DNA of 64,000 nt from Selaginella moellendorffii (GCF_000143415.4 NW_003314286.1:1-64000); one strand, 5' to 3'. Positions 49,213-62,520 are shown, counted from the stretch's first letter. Notes: generated from the sequence alone by a model not told the origin. Program-made: numbers and translations.

Positions 49213-52200
49213 CTATCTGTGGGTGATAGGCTGTGCTGAATTTTAACTTGGTGCGATATTGTTCCAAAAGAGTTCTCCAGAACCTGCTGGTGAAGATCTT
49301 ATCTCGATATGAGATGATCTCCTCTGGCCTTCCCCGTACTCGAACCACTTGTTTGAAGAATAGCTTTGCCACACCTTCTGCATCCACTTCCGTTGTGGTG
49401 GATATAAAATGTGCCATCTTCGAAAATCGGTCCACCACCATGAATATCACATCAAACCCCTCACTTGGGGAGAGTCCCGTGATGAAGTCCATTGTAAGAC
49501 ATTTCCACGGACGATCTGGAATTGGGATGCTTTGTAACAAGCCCCCACTAGCCTTAGTCACGGCTTTGACCTGCTGACATGTTAGACATGTCTTTACATA
49601 GTCTTGGACATCCTTAGCCATATTTGGACAGTGGTATTTCCTCTTGAGTAAGCCCATTGTCTTGGGCACCCTGCCGTGTCCCGCAAGAAGTCCGTCATGA
49701 CACTCTTCTAAGGCTACCTTCCTTAGTTCCCCTTCTGGAACATACACCCTCGTTTGCTTGTAATATATGAGTTCATTGCGTTTTGCATAGCCTGTTTTTT
49801 CGTCCGTTGGCAGCTCACCTCTTTGGTGAGCTTCCCGTGCCTCTAGATTCCTCAGCAACACTTCTTGTGTTAGACCATCGTTCTTGTATGCAGTCCGCAC
49901 ATCATCCCAAAAGGTTGCTGTTGCGCTAGATATCGCCAACTTCAACTCGCTTTTCGACTTAGTGCATCTGCCATGATGTTGCTCTTCTCAGGCTTGTACA
50001 AAATCTCGCAATCAAACTCGGCCAAAGCATTGGCCCACCGACCTTGTTTTCCCCTCAGGTCGGGCTATGACAAGAAGTGTTTCGTTGCCACATTATCCGT
50101 GTAAACCTTGAAGTGTCTCCCAAGGTAATGTTGCCACTCCTTGAGTGCTTTGACCACCGCAAACAATTCCTTCTCATGGGCAGGCCACTTCCGTTGAGCC
50201 TTGTCCAACTTTTTCAAGAAGAACGCTACTGGATGGTTGTCTTGCTTCAAAACTGCACCCAACGCAAAGTCTGAAGCATCCGTTTCTACCTCAAAGTCCT
50301 TACCAAAGTCTGGTAATGCCAGCACGGGAGCCTTCCTCAATTTCCCCTTGAGGTGGACAAATGCCGCCTCGCATTCTGCTGTCCATACCATCTTCCCTTT
50401 TCCCGTTTGGTCCATTAAGGGCAGGGCTACTCTCGAATAGTGTTTGATAAACTTTCAATAGTAGTTGTATAGCCCCAGGAATGCCCTTAACTCGTGTACA
50501 TTCGATGGTCGCTCCCAATCCTGGATCGCTTGGACCTTCTCAGGGTCCACCTTGAGCCCGTCCTTGCCCACCACATGCCCGAGAAACTTTACCTCTTGTT
50601 GAGCAAAGTCACATTTGCTCTCTTTAGCATACAGCTAGTGTTCCCTTAGTTTCTCGAACACTTTCGTCAAGTGTTTGACATGCTCTTCTAGCATTTCGCT
50701 ATAAATCAGGATGTCGTCAATATAGATGACCACAAAGTGATCCAAATAGGGTACAAAGATATGGTTCATCAACGCCGAAAATGTTGCCGGCGCATTGCAT
50801 AGCCCGAAGGGCATCACCAAAAACTCGAAGCTCCCATACCTCGTTCGATAGGTTATCTTCTCGACATCTTCCTCTGTTACCCTGATCTGGTAGTATCCTG
50901 ACCTTAGGTCAATCCTCGAGAAGTATTTTGCCTTTCCCAACCTATCGAACAGGTCCTCAATCCTTGGCAAAGGGTATTTGTTCTTCTTTGTATATTTGTT
51001 GAGCAACCGGTAGTCTATGCACATGCGCATAGATCCATCTTTCTTTTTCACAAATAGCACCGATGCCCCATACGGCGACTTGCTCAACCTAACATACCCT
51101 TTTTCCACCAACTCCTTTAGTTGGCGCTTGAGCTCCACAAGTTCTTTTTCTTTCAAACGATAGGGGGGACGAACCACCACCTCAGCACCCTCGACCAGCT
51201 CAATCTTATATTTTATCGGTCATGCGAGGGGCAATCCCGCTAGTAGCTCCTCTGGCATGGTATCCTGGAATTGATCCAACACCCGCTGGATCACTAAAGG
51301 TACTTCTTCCATTCCAGTCTTTTTGTCACTTCTCACCGAGAATAAGCACAAAAATGCAGTCTTGGTCCCTTTAGTGAGTTGTCCTCTCGTGGACACCAGG
51401 TTTAGACACGAATCTTTGGCCTTGCATTGCCCTACCTTTAGATCCTGGGCCTCCACCCTGGATCTTCTTCCTTGGGCATTCGCCAGTACCACAAGGTTCC
51501 TACCTTGTCCATGTAGGGCTACCACGAACAGATTGAACCAATCCATCCTGAAGATCACGTCAAATCCCGCCATGTCCAACCCGGACCCGATCTCGGACCC
51601 GACCTCAGACTCGGTCTCAGACCTGATTTCGGATCTCGGACTCCGTCTCGAACTCAGTCTCGAACTCGGTCTTGAACTCAGTCTCCGAGTCGGCCTCGAA
51701 TTTGATTCCGGACTCTATCTCGAACTCGGTCTCAGAGTCGGTCTTGGACTCGATCTCAGCCTCAGTCCCATCTGATGAACTCTTTATCATTTTGGTCATG
51801 CTTTCGGGGCTCCTTTAGCCTACGACACCTCGGAGAGTTGGTTCCTTACACCACGCCCTAACATGCGACCACGGTGGATCGTGTTGGCTCCAAACGCGCG
51901 AGAACCCTCCGGAGAGTGTAGAGTGTACCTCTACTACTGATGCCAAGTGTTGATAGCTTTGTTAAATAGTAGAAACTCTAGAAAACAAAGTGGAAAAGAA
52001 AAAAGAGAGGTAGGTGTGAAGTTTGGAGACAGAGAGGAAAACCCGGTGGGAAACTTGTAGTCAAACTGGATCCTAAAGTTGAAGAAAAAGTGCAAAAAAA
52101 GTGTGAAAAGAGGGAGAAAAATAGGGGAAAAAGAGTGCGAGTACCCAAAGAGCTTAACCTGTACCTAGATTTTGGCTTAGGAAAATGTAATATGCAAATG

Positions 52201-55200
52201 CAGCCTCTTGATGACTTCCAATATGCTCCAAGGATTGGCCGAAACCGAGAAAGAAAAAGAAGTAGAAGAGGGGATGCATTGCCCAAGGGTGGTAAGTGTG
52301 GAAATGATGAAAGATGGAGTGATATGGTGGAGTGCGAAATGGTGGTGGCACTCTAAGTAAGCGCTGACCTCTCGAAGTAGCCGGTAACTGGGACCTGTAA
52401 CTAGTAACCACCTGCTCTCGCTCCTACTCCTGCGCCTGCTCTAGCACCGATATGATGGAGTGATATGGTGGAGTGCCAAGACGGTGGTGGCACTCTGAGA
52501 AGGTGGCCAATCTGATATGTCGGACTGAAGAAGTCAGCAGCTGAAAAGGATGTCGAGGGAGTCACGAGGTTGCCGGTAAAGAGAGGTGGCATGTGTCCAC
52601 TGATTGCTGGAGCAGAAAGTGGCTTTGGCTTCTATAGCCTCGCCTAAGGATCCACCTAGGTGCCTTGAGTGAACAGGTTCACTTGGTTGGAAGAAAGTCT
52701 CTCCAAAAAAGCTAGTGCGTTGTCGGCAAATGGTCGTAAGGATATCTCGGAAATGGCATGTCCAAATGAGGTGGTGTCATTTGCTTCTGGTGCACGTATG
52801 TGTGTCTGTGGTATGGTGTAAATGTGACCTCAAACGAAGATGTGAATGATGGTGAAAGAATGAAAGATGCAAGACAGGCATCTAGAGATAAGTGCGGGCA
52901 ATGCTGCTAGAAGTGATTGGTGATGGAACTGTGAATGTAGATGATATGGAATGAGTGAGGGGAATGTGTGGGGTGTAGTAATGGGAAGGGAAAGGCCAAA
53001 GAACCTGGAACATAGACCGAGCCAAGCGAGGAACCTCCATACATACGGCAATGCAGCTTGAGTGTGAAATCCAAGGCATGGGCCATGGTCCAATGGAGAA
53101 ACACCCTCTAAAAGTAAGAAAAGGAGCCATGAAAGTAAAGTAAAAGAAAGGAAGAAAAAGAAAAAGAAAAAGAAGACAAGAGGAACTCCTCACCAAATGA
53201 AGCGTTTGAGATGAGAGTGGTTGTGAGCGTGTGGGAGCTCACGTCCATCAGCATCAACTAGCACATATGCTCCGCATCCGATGTGTCACTGGACAAAGTA
53301 GGGGCCGGTCTAGCAAGGGGAGAACTTTGAAGGTGGCATAAACTCCTTGAGTAAAACGAGATCGCCATCCTTGAATGGTTCGGCAGACCACTAGTGATCG
53401 ATGACTGATTTGATCTTCTGCTTGCCTCAAAGGAGATGTTCAGTTGTGGATTGTCCCTGTTCTTCCAAGGCAAGAACCTCCAAGTCACGTGCATGAAGCT
53501 TGTCCTCATCGCTAAGCTGGATCTCCACTGGAAGCATAGCCTCTGTCCCATAGACAAGGGAGAATGGGGTTGCAGAGATGGATGTCTTGAGGGACGTCCA
53601 AAAGGCCCACAACGCCGTAACCAAGTGCTCGTGCCAACGCCTTGGATCCATCACATGCTTCCGCCGCATGTGAAAAGTTGGGTGGAACTCTTGGATGGTC
53701 ACAATCCAAGATAAAGTACGAGGACTGTGAACCGGTCACTATAAAAGAAAGGTCAGCACATTAAAATAGACATGGGAATGGATACGGGCTCTAGCAAGAA
53801 AGTGACAAAATCGCTCCAAGGTATAAACAACAGCCACCACTTCTTTTTCCGCATCCATGTACTTCTTCTTGGTCTCCTTGAACGAATGTGATGCATAGTA
53901 TGTTGCATGGGGTGGCTTGCCAGGCTGTGAACATTGGCAAAGGCATACTCCAAAAGCCTCTATACCCGTTGTGATGTAAATGTCGAAAGGAAGTTGCCGT
54001 TCTAGTGGTTGGAGTACCGGGGCCATGCGGAGTGACTACTGTGACTGCTAGTTGTGGAGGAAACGACGAAAGAAACCCGTTTGCCCGAGGAAGCTGCGAA
54101 GCTACTTCACATTGGTTAGTGGGTTCTGATCTAGAATCTCCTGAGCCTTGGCTACCTGGGGCCTAATCCCATCCTGTGAGACATCAAAGCCCAGTAACCG
54201 GCCTTCAATCACCCCGAATTTACACTATGCTGGGTTCAATGAAAATTTGTGTCGTCGACAGCGAATGAAGATCTATTCCAAGTGCACAAGGTGATCCTCA
54301 AAGGAGTTAAAGGTCGTGCACAGATCATCCATATACACCCTTAAGGCACCTCCAATCAAGTTGTGAAAGACATGGGTCATAAAGCGCTGAAAAGTAACTC
54401 TAGCATTACACAAGCCAAACGGGAGGACGTTGAAAACAAAGATACCCCAAGGTGTTTGGAAGGCCGTAAGATCTTGATGATCCAGATAAATGAAGATCTG
54501 GTTGTACCCTGAAAAGCCATCCATGAAAGAGTAGTATCGGTGTCCAGCCATCTCATCCACAATCGCATCAATAAATGGAGTTAGAAAATGGTCTTTCGCA
54601 GTTGCCTTGTTCAGGTCTCAAAAGTCAATGCATAGGCAGAGTTTTCCATTTGCCTTGCATGCAAGGACGAGGTTGGCCACCCACTCTAAGCTCTCCAAAG
54701 GGTAAATAAAGCCGGCTGCCAGAAGTCGCTCGATCTCCAACTTCATCTCGGAGTGAGCTGCCGGGCTGAAACGCTGCATGGTTTGGTTGACTCTAAAAGC
54801 ACAATACTATGCATGATTGTGTCCATGGGAACTCCTAAAAGCTGGCTGTAGTCCCAAGCAAATACGTCCTTGAAACACTGGAGGAGATCCAAGAGCTTTG
54901 CTATGTTTGTTGAAGCAAGTGATGTGGCGATAAAGACCGGGTCCTTATCATCACCTAGGAAAACAGCATGAACCCTAGATTCTGGAGAAACCTTGGGCTC
55001 AAGGGGTTCATCTATCTTGGATTCCTCCCTGACCTTGGAAACTAAAGAGTAGGGAGTGCCTTTTGTCTCTCGCATCATGGTGATTGCTTGATGGGATAAC
55101 CTGTCTGCCCAAAAGGTTTCTTCACGAGGGACACTTTGAAAAGTCACCTAAGAGAACTCATCCATCACGTTGACCGCCCGCTACCAAAGCTCTTTCAAGT

Positions 55201-58200
55201 TCTATTTGCAGACTTGGTATTCTCCAGTAAGTTGGTGTATGATGAGTTGCGCATCTCCAACGAAAGTGACTCACCTAAACTTGAGATTTGTTGCCAACTT
55301 CATGGCACTAATAGCAACCAAGTACTTTGGTTCATTAGCTGATGTTGCTGGCAAAGTGATAGAGAGGTCAGCTACTTTGTTCTCCACAGAATCTATCATC
55401 CAAACTCCAATGCTGGCAACCTGGTTGAAATAAGCTGTAATCATAGGAGTGTCCTCTTCTTCAAATAAAGATGCTGGGGACACCACATCTAGCAAGACCG
55501 TCTCTAGCAAGTCAGGCAAGAATGTTGTTGTTGGATCCGGAGTCTTTGTCTGTTGTTCTCTTTGCTTCTAATGCTCTGAGCACTCGATGTCCAATGCAAG
55601 GACTGTAGCTAAGTACTCTGCAAGTGAAGGAAGATCCTCCACTGAAGTCCAGTCCAAGTCTAGTGCTAAAGTTTCAGTGTAATACACTTGGACCTGTACC
55701 GGAAGCTCCACAGTAGGAAATTCTGAACTCAAAGAGCTATAACTCGCATGTAGCATGTCCAATTGGCTTGATTCTTTCTGCTAGTTCTGTGTTTGGATGT
55801 CATCCTTCGTCTCTAATAAACGGAATGACGAAATACGCTTGGAGTCATCAGCTACTGAGATTTTAGTAGGAAGATGTTGGCTGTGTGACACCTCAGATAG
55901 TTGCTGTGAAGGATTGAGCTTGGCTATGTCCTGCGAAAGATGGACCTGGTCTGGAGTGACTGTGTTGTCAAGCTCCATAAGAGAGAGTTGGTCCCATGCA
56001 AAAAACAAATCGAGGAGCCCTTCCTCTATCGAGAAACACTCCGAAAAGCTGGATACGGGAGCCTGTACTCTATAAGCCCCGCCATCAAATAAAGAGGGCC
56101 TGTCTAGAGGCTCGGCCTTACTCTCAAATAAAGAGAGTGAAGTTGAGAGATGTCTCAGGCTACCTGACTCACCTCCAACCATGTCAATTGCATTGCATGA
56201 GAAAGCATCTGTCATATAGATAGTCGACACCACCATGAACTCAAGAAAAACCTTTGTGAGCTCAAGAGGAAAGTATGGTGTGGAGGCCATCTTAGGCTGA
56301 GCTTGCTAAGCTTGCTGAGAAAGAGCTCTGCCGTGGTTGTTGAGAAAGGTGGCGCTATGGGTTCCATCGCTAATTTCCATCTTGCCTTATGCGCTATCAA
56401 TGGTGCAATGGGCTGTGATTTGCCATGAGTGGCCAAGGATGATAGGGTCCTTCAAAGAGGACATTCCAAGACATTTGTAGTCAACCATAAGGAAATCCAC
56501 TTCAAAAATAACACCCTGCACTGAGACCTTGACACCACAGCAAATGCCCGCTGGAGGAACGGTGTGGTTGGCAAAGGTTTTGAGCACGATGGAGGAGCTC
56601 TTAGTGATTTGTACCTATGTTGAAAGGGCAGCCTTGAGAGAGATAATGTTGCTTCCAAAACCGGAATCAACCAAAGCATCTATCTTACAAGAAGAAGTAC
56701 AAATCTGCACCGGGACAAAGAATGGACCAAGATCTCCACCATATCTTGTCATGTCGACAATGTGCACCTCTTGAGGAGCTCTCTTGAGAGTGCTCTCTGG
56801 TGTTCTTGACCATGCAAACTCCTCTAAACGCTGGCCGTATCTCGGGACAAGACACAACATGTCTCGGAGTGAAAAGGTGACGGGAGTGTCAACCAGTTGT
56901 TGAAGAACTAGCTCAAGAACAAGAATAGTTGTTGGTGAGATCTCAGGAGGAGAAGAGAGTAGTGACTTGAAGGGGAGCTTACAAGCCACCCTCTGCATCA
57001 CTGGATCTGGTGCCAATAGAGATTCACTCTCAACTGGCATCGGGGGATCTGTGGCAGGCTGAGCGGGTGCCTTCTTCTTTGCTTGGGCTCGAGTGGTTGC
57101 GGTTTGCTGCTGTTGCCTATAGAGTTCCTCGGCTACCAAAATTGTGTTGACCAATGAGGCTGGTGCCTTGCCTTTGCTTGACAAAGGGGCTGCCTCAATC
57201 GCTTGTCGCTCCAGCTGCTCCTAATATGTCTTTGGACCCTGAGACGATGTGGAACTATTAGCAAAGGGATGTTGTTGGACACGTTGAGAAGATGGAGGCC
57301 GAAGCTTTGGGTGAAGCTTGAAGCAGCACTGCATGTTGTGTGTGTTTGTCTCATAGTGAGTGCACCAACGGGGCTTAAATCTACGTTCCCGAGCTGTAGT
57401 GGCCTCTTTCCTGGACTCCACCAGCTCCAAGAGTAGTTTCTCATGGTGTAATTGCTGCTGAAGAATGATCTTCTTTAGCTGCCACATCTCGTTGGCAAAG
57501 TTCTCAATAGCCGGAGGTGTAAGCTTAATAGCGACAGGCTTTGTTATGGATGGGCGAACAGCTGCACAAGGTGACTCTAATGGGGTGATGGCTTGGTCAA
57601 AATCAACTCTAGCAATCCCTAGGTCAACCAGAAGCTCTCTTTCCAGCTTTATAGCAAATGGAAATGCCTCACAGCAAGACCTGAATGTCTTCTTATAAAG
57701 TTTCCACTGCAAGTTCCCACACAGACCTGCTGTGAATGCCATGATCCTCTGTTGCTCATCTTGGACCACTCTGCAATCCCAACACTACTTCTAGTAAGCT
57801 TGAAATTGTGTGATGTAGTCAGGAACAGACTCGTGAGCACCCTGCCGGAACAAAAAGAGGTCGACAAATAGCCAATTTGTGGGTTTTTCCTCAACAAAGT
57901 GTTCTCTGAAAGAAGCAAGTAGTGTCTAGAAGTCTGTCCGGTCCTTTGGGAGGAGAGAATCTACCCAAGTTGCTGCTTTGCCTTCAAGAGACTGTAAGAA
58001 GTTGCGGCACATACGATCATCATCGACGATCATGTTTGTGGTGCAGTAGTAATTAAAGCGACTGATATGTAATGTTGGAGAGACTGTTCCAACACCTGAG
58101 AAGGTTAGCAGATCACTCCCCTTCTACAAAACATGGAGCTGAGGTCGAGCTAAAGGTGGCTGCGCCATAGCTTGTAGATCTAAGTCACTGGAATCTGCCA

Positions 58201-60097
58201 AGGATGAAGAGGACTCGGCCCAAGAAGGTGCATTGTCGTACCTAAGCTGCCTTTGGATGTTAGAAAGTTTACTCCATACCTTAAGGCCTCAAGGTATGGT
58301 AAAAGGGTGCTAGTTTGTCGTACATCTAGTTTGTACCGGCATCAAATACCCTAAATATTGCAAATGCCCAGTCAAGGCAATTGGGTTGACAGGAGCACGA
58401 AGACTGTAGGCTAGTGCTCAAGTTGCACAAAGCTGCCCAAAATGCCTATGACGAAGAGGAATAAGGGTGAAAACGGAGATATATGCCTCAAGCACACATA
58501 ACCATTGACCCATGGGGTAATTGCCGAAGTAGCTGCCAGAGTAGCTGTTGGAGTAACCAGTAACCGGTAATTAGGGACTTGTGACTTGTAACTGGTAACC
58601 CCCCTGCTCTCACTCCTACTCCTGCGCCTACTCCAACACCAACTCCTATCCCTGTGCCTATTCCTACTGTCCCTATTCCTATGCCAACTCTTGTTTCTGC
58701 TCCTCCTGTTCCTGTTCCTGCAGTTACCTATTCCTTGAAGATTGCTTCGTTCCCAAGGAACTCTCAACAAAGTTTAGCCCAAAAGAGAAAAATGAGTCCT
58801 TTGGTCTCAATCCTTCCCCATTTTGACCGTTGGTGGGTTTGTTGGAAAGAGCTCAGCCCCATCTACCTTCTATCGTAAGAATTTGGGAAGAAGCCGCCTT
58901 AATATTCCCCAAAATCCAAGAAGAGTTAGCCCAGAACGCTAATATTGTGGAAAAACATGTGCATGTCACTGATGTAGATCGATACTAAGGCACTGTTGGT
59001 ATTTTCGGAAAGCCTAGGACCAAGAGCACCTCTAGAAACAAATGGCATCCAAAACAAAGCCTGGAGGAGCACGAATTCCTGCCACAAAGATGACCCAATC
59101 TAGCTGGAGAAGAAAATCCTTTTGCATGCTGCCAATTTGGCCAAATCTAGCACCAAGAATCACCCCTACTCATAAATCTAGGCCAGATCTACAAGCTCAA
59201 ATGTAGTACTTTGAGAAATTGGGTCAAGGATCTAGGCGAGAATGTGAAAACCCCAAACTGTTCCTCAAACCGAGCCAAAACACGTTGTATCTCTTCAAAT
59301 ACTGCACGGCTTGATAAGCACCATACTTTGCTGGAAAGAGGAGCTCTAAACCTATCCAACACGCCTAGGATCAAACAAAACCACTACAAGATGAACAAGG
59401 AATTCCTTCCTAAACTCTGCGGCCAAAAGAAAAAGAAAGACATGACACCCAGAAAGTGCTGCGCATCACGCCGGGTTCACCATTTGTTGGGGGAAGGAGG
59501 GGCACCTCCCCCAACTCTCGCTCAAACACGAAAAATGCTTCAATACTCTTTACAAAATGCCCCCCCCCCCCCCCCTTGCCCTTGTGAGGCAAGGGTTTTA
59601 TACAAGGAAGATGGGGAATATTCTAAGGACCAAAATATTCCCTCTCTCTCTCACTCTCTCAGTGGCCATACCCTAATAGTGCCCTGAGTCATCTAGTTGG
59701 AAGAAAGTCACTCCAAAAAAGCTAACATATTGTCAGCAAATGTTCACATTGATATTTGAAAAATACCACATCCAAATGAGGTGTTGACTTTTGCTACTGG
59801 TGTGTGTATATATGTCTATGATGTGGTGTAAAGATGAACACAAATGGAGATGTGGATGATGGTGAAAGAATGAAAGATGAAAGACGGGCATCTAGAAGTG
59901 AGTGTGGGCAATGTGCTAGAAGTGATTGGTAATGGATTTATGAGTATATATGATATGGAATGTGTGTGAAGAATGTATGGAGTAATGCAATGGTAAGGAA
60001 GGACCAAAGAACTTGGAAATAGCCTGAGCCAAGTGAGGAATTACCATACAAACAACAATGCAGCTTAAGCTCTAAAATCCAACATAAGAGATATGGT

Positions 60098-60570
60098 TGT
60101 TATGATCCGGCGCAAAAAGATAGAAATCTAGTCACCCTAGACTATTCTACACCACCTCTTAAGGTTCCTCACCACCCAACCACCCCCGAGCTACCTCAAA
60201 AGCTCCACTACACCACCACTCCACTGTGAGCCCTAGGGTTTTTTCCCTTACCCTAACATGCCTTAATATACCCTTGAGCCTCCCTTTGACCAATGTTGAC
60301 CACGTGGTCAAAGCTGGTGCCTAACAATTCTTTCCCCTCAACAAAGTCCTTGTCCCAAGGACAAGTTGTACTAGTGATCACCCTTTCTGGGGAACCTTGC
60401 TCAAACTCCTGATCCATCTTCCACAACCGTATACATCAAGAAGGCATTGGGCCCGTCACTCCGAGATAGTACACAATTCAACTAGTTGACATAAAATACC
60501 GGATGAATTTTCACCCTAGCTGGCAGCTGCACCCGATAAGCCACTTTACCAATGCACTCTAGCACTTCTT
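60098..60570 (-). mobile_element. 3' end of another gypsy element: INT tail, PPT and 229-bp LTR
   Basis: LTR 60098-60326 TGTTA...TAACA; PPT gaggggaaagaat; IGKVAYRVQLPARVKIHPVF remnant. Confidence 0.8.
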
Positions 60571-61249
60571 GGGGAATAATTCTGCAATTTTGATGTACTC
60601 AATATGCATTAGGATTAACATTATTACTCATGAGCTCCTGCATGCATATCACTAGTATCACTAGTAATGTCAACATCCTATTGGCATGATCCCCGCCCCC
60701 CCATTCTCTTATAAAAGCTTGCCTTAGGCTTTCACCTTAGTCTTAGGAGTTTCACTCTAACACAATCTAGAAAACTTATTAAATACAAAATAGCACTGGT
60801 TTAACCTAAACACAAAAACAACACTGTTGTGTTCATGACATTTTCTATATGCCTTATTAGCAAATTTAGACACTTTTCATAAACAATTTATAAAACTAAT
60901 ACATGAGGAATGATAGCAAGGGTATTTAATAAATATAATAAGCTATCATATAACAATATTAAGGGATTAGTACCTAATATGTGAGGTTCTTGTCAAGCTA
61001 GTGTAAGACAAAGCAAAAAAAAGTTAATAAGTTAGCCCATGTATATTTGGCTAAATAGACATTTAGGAATTCTTTATATTTTAGTATAGATTAAAAGGGG
61101 TTAATAAAGGGAATAAACAATACTGATATTTTGCTGTCATGACAATAAAAGAACTTTAGCTTTAAATATAGTTACATTCGCAGTTGAAGATATAGAATTA
61201 AACTATCTCAAAAGAATTCAATAGCAAGTATTCTAAACATATTTTATTT

Positions 61250-61254
61250 TATAT

Positions 61255-61322
<68 letters not shown>
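61250..61322. repeat. (AT)n microsatellite
   Basis: Direct reading; one interruption. Confidence 0.97.
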
Positions 61323-61325
<3 letters not shown>

Positions 61326-61584
61326 CTAACACACTAATTGTATGGTTTATAATATGAGTTTTAATATAAATATTTAAGTTTCTAAAATTAATATTTATTT
61401 TTAAATATATAAATATTAAAAATAAGTAACCTCAAACACTTTGACTATGAAATAAGAAATAAGAAATATATTATAAATACCAATGACTACATTTTACTTT
61501 CTATAGATCTAAACAAAAAGTATAAAAATGAAAACTTCTCGAAAGTTATTTCTTTAGTATTTAGTTTGAGCCTCTAAGTTAAGG

Positions 61585-61738
61585 TGCATGACCAGCCTTG
61601 GCACACAGCCATGGCAGCCAGCCATGGCTTGCATCGGCATGGCCGGCTGCATGGCCAGCCATGCAAGCTACCATCCATTGCCTTAGGCTGCAACTATGGC
61701 AAGCATGGCTGCCATGACTGCTACTAGTGCCATGGTGC
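61585..61738. repeat. GC-rich cluster of GCCATG/CATGGC motifs in both orientations
   Basis: Repeated gccatggc/gcatggc units between AT-rich DNA and the scramblase stop. Confidence 0.6.
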
Positions 61739-61786
61739 TTCACTACTGTGGCTGGTTGAGACTATACATCGACAGAAGAATAGAGC

Positions 61787-62252
61787 TCAAGGTTCTGGGC
61801 TTCCTCCGATAATGGGAATTGGCATTCCCATCCTGGCGAGAACATTAGAGTTTGTAAGTTTCAAACCGGGCACAAAAAGCAAGAGCATCGACACTCACCC
61901 GCTGTGTCTCGAGAAGTAATCGTTGTCGAGAGAGATGGCAAGAGCTAGAACAATCGCTCTCTCGGTCAGTGTCAAAGAGCGAGAAACCGAAAGAGGCTCC
62001 ACCTGGAAAAGAAAAATCTCGCGAGCTCGCAAGAGGAAAACGCAAAAATATCCACCTGTGGATCAACGTTTTGAGCTTGCTCGCCACCCTGCAAAACGTA
62101 CTGGCCAGCAACTCCAGCTCTGTTTGTACCATCAGCGAGGACTTCGCCAAATCTCACGACATATTGCCCAGCATCTGTGAAGAACTGCATTCCAAGCAGT
62201 GAGATACTTGCTGGTCTGGAATTATCACACCATACCTCGTAGCCAAATCCAG
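61787..62252 (-). pseudogene. Phospholipid scramblase family (AIM25-like) 3' exons; probably a captured or truncated fragment
   Basis: Exons 62236-62252, 62056-62184, 61899-62002 and 61787-61832 with GT-AG introns of 51, 53 and 66 nt give GFGYE|FFTDAGQYVVRFG...|...LTLTERAIVLALAISLDNDYFSRHSG|MGMPIPIIGGSPEP*. Confidence 0.88.
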
Positions 62253-62394
62253 CTGTAACTTCACAGCTGGGTCTGCTAAAAGCCAGCTGCAGTCACAGTG
62301 AGGGCCAAGTCATTCTAGCTTAATGTTTGATTTTTTTGCTTATGCCACAACCAGCTATGGCAAGCAATGGACAAACTTGGAGCTCATGTGCATC

Positions 62395-62520
62395 TATAGC
62401 AGTGTTGTGAAAGGTTTTGAGGTCTCAAAGCTGAGGATCTTGGAGGATGCCAAGGAGCTAATCGATGCTATACCAGTCTTTCTAGATCACATCTCACTCC
62501 TTGCTTCTTGCAAAGTCCAT
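62395..62520 (+). pseudogene. Degenerate PLS-class PPR (S2/E region) fragment
   Basis: LEDAKELIDAIPVFLDHISLLASCKVH resembles LEEAEELI..MPF.PD...W..LL..CK.H, with a short deletion. Confidence 0.65.

Larger units (their letters stand above)
46936..51850 (-). mobile_element. Family B chromovirus copy B2 with TSD CCACG; gag, PBS and PPT deleted
   Basis: TGTAAG...CTTACA ends; CCACG at 46931-46935 and 51851-51855; RT YIDD, RH TDASDFALG, INT and damaged chromodomain. Confidence 0.93.
46814..59678 (-). mobile_element. Family A copy A3 (integrase N-terminal half deleted); probable 3' LTR begins at 51863 and is interrupted by B2
   Basis: Terminus at 59678; gag, PR, extra RNase H, RT YMDD and RH present; 46814-46935 plus 51856-51863 repeat the terminal sequence. 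Flanks 46147-46505 and 59679-60097 are consecutive parts of an older A-like 3' region. Confidence 0.85.
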
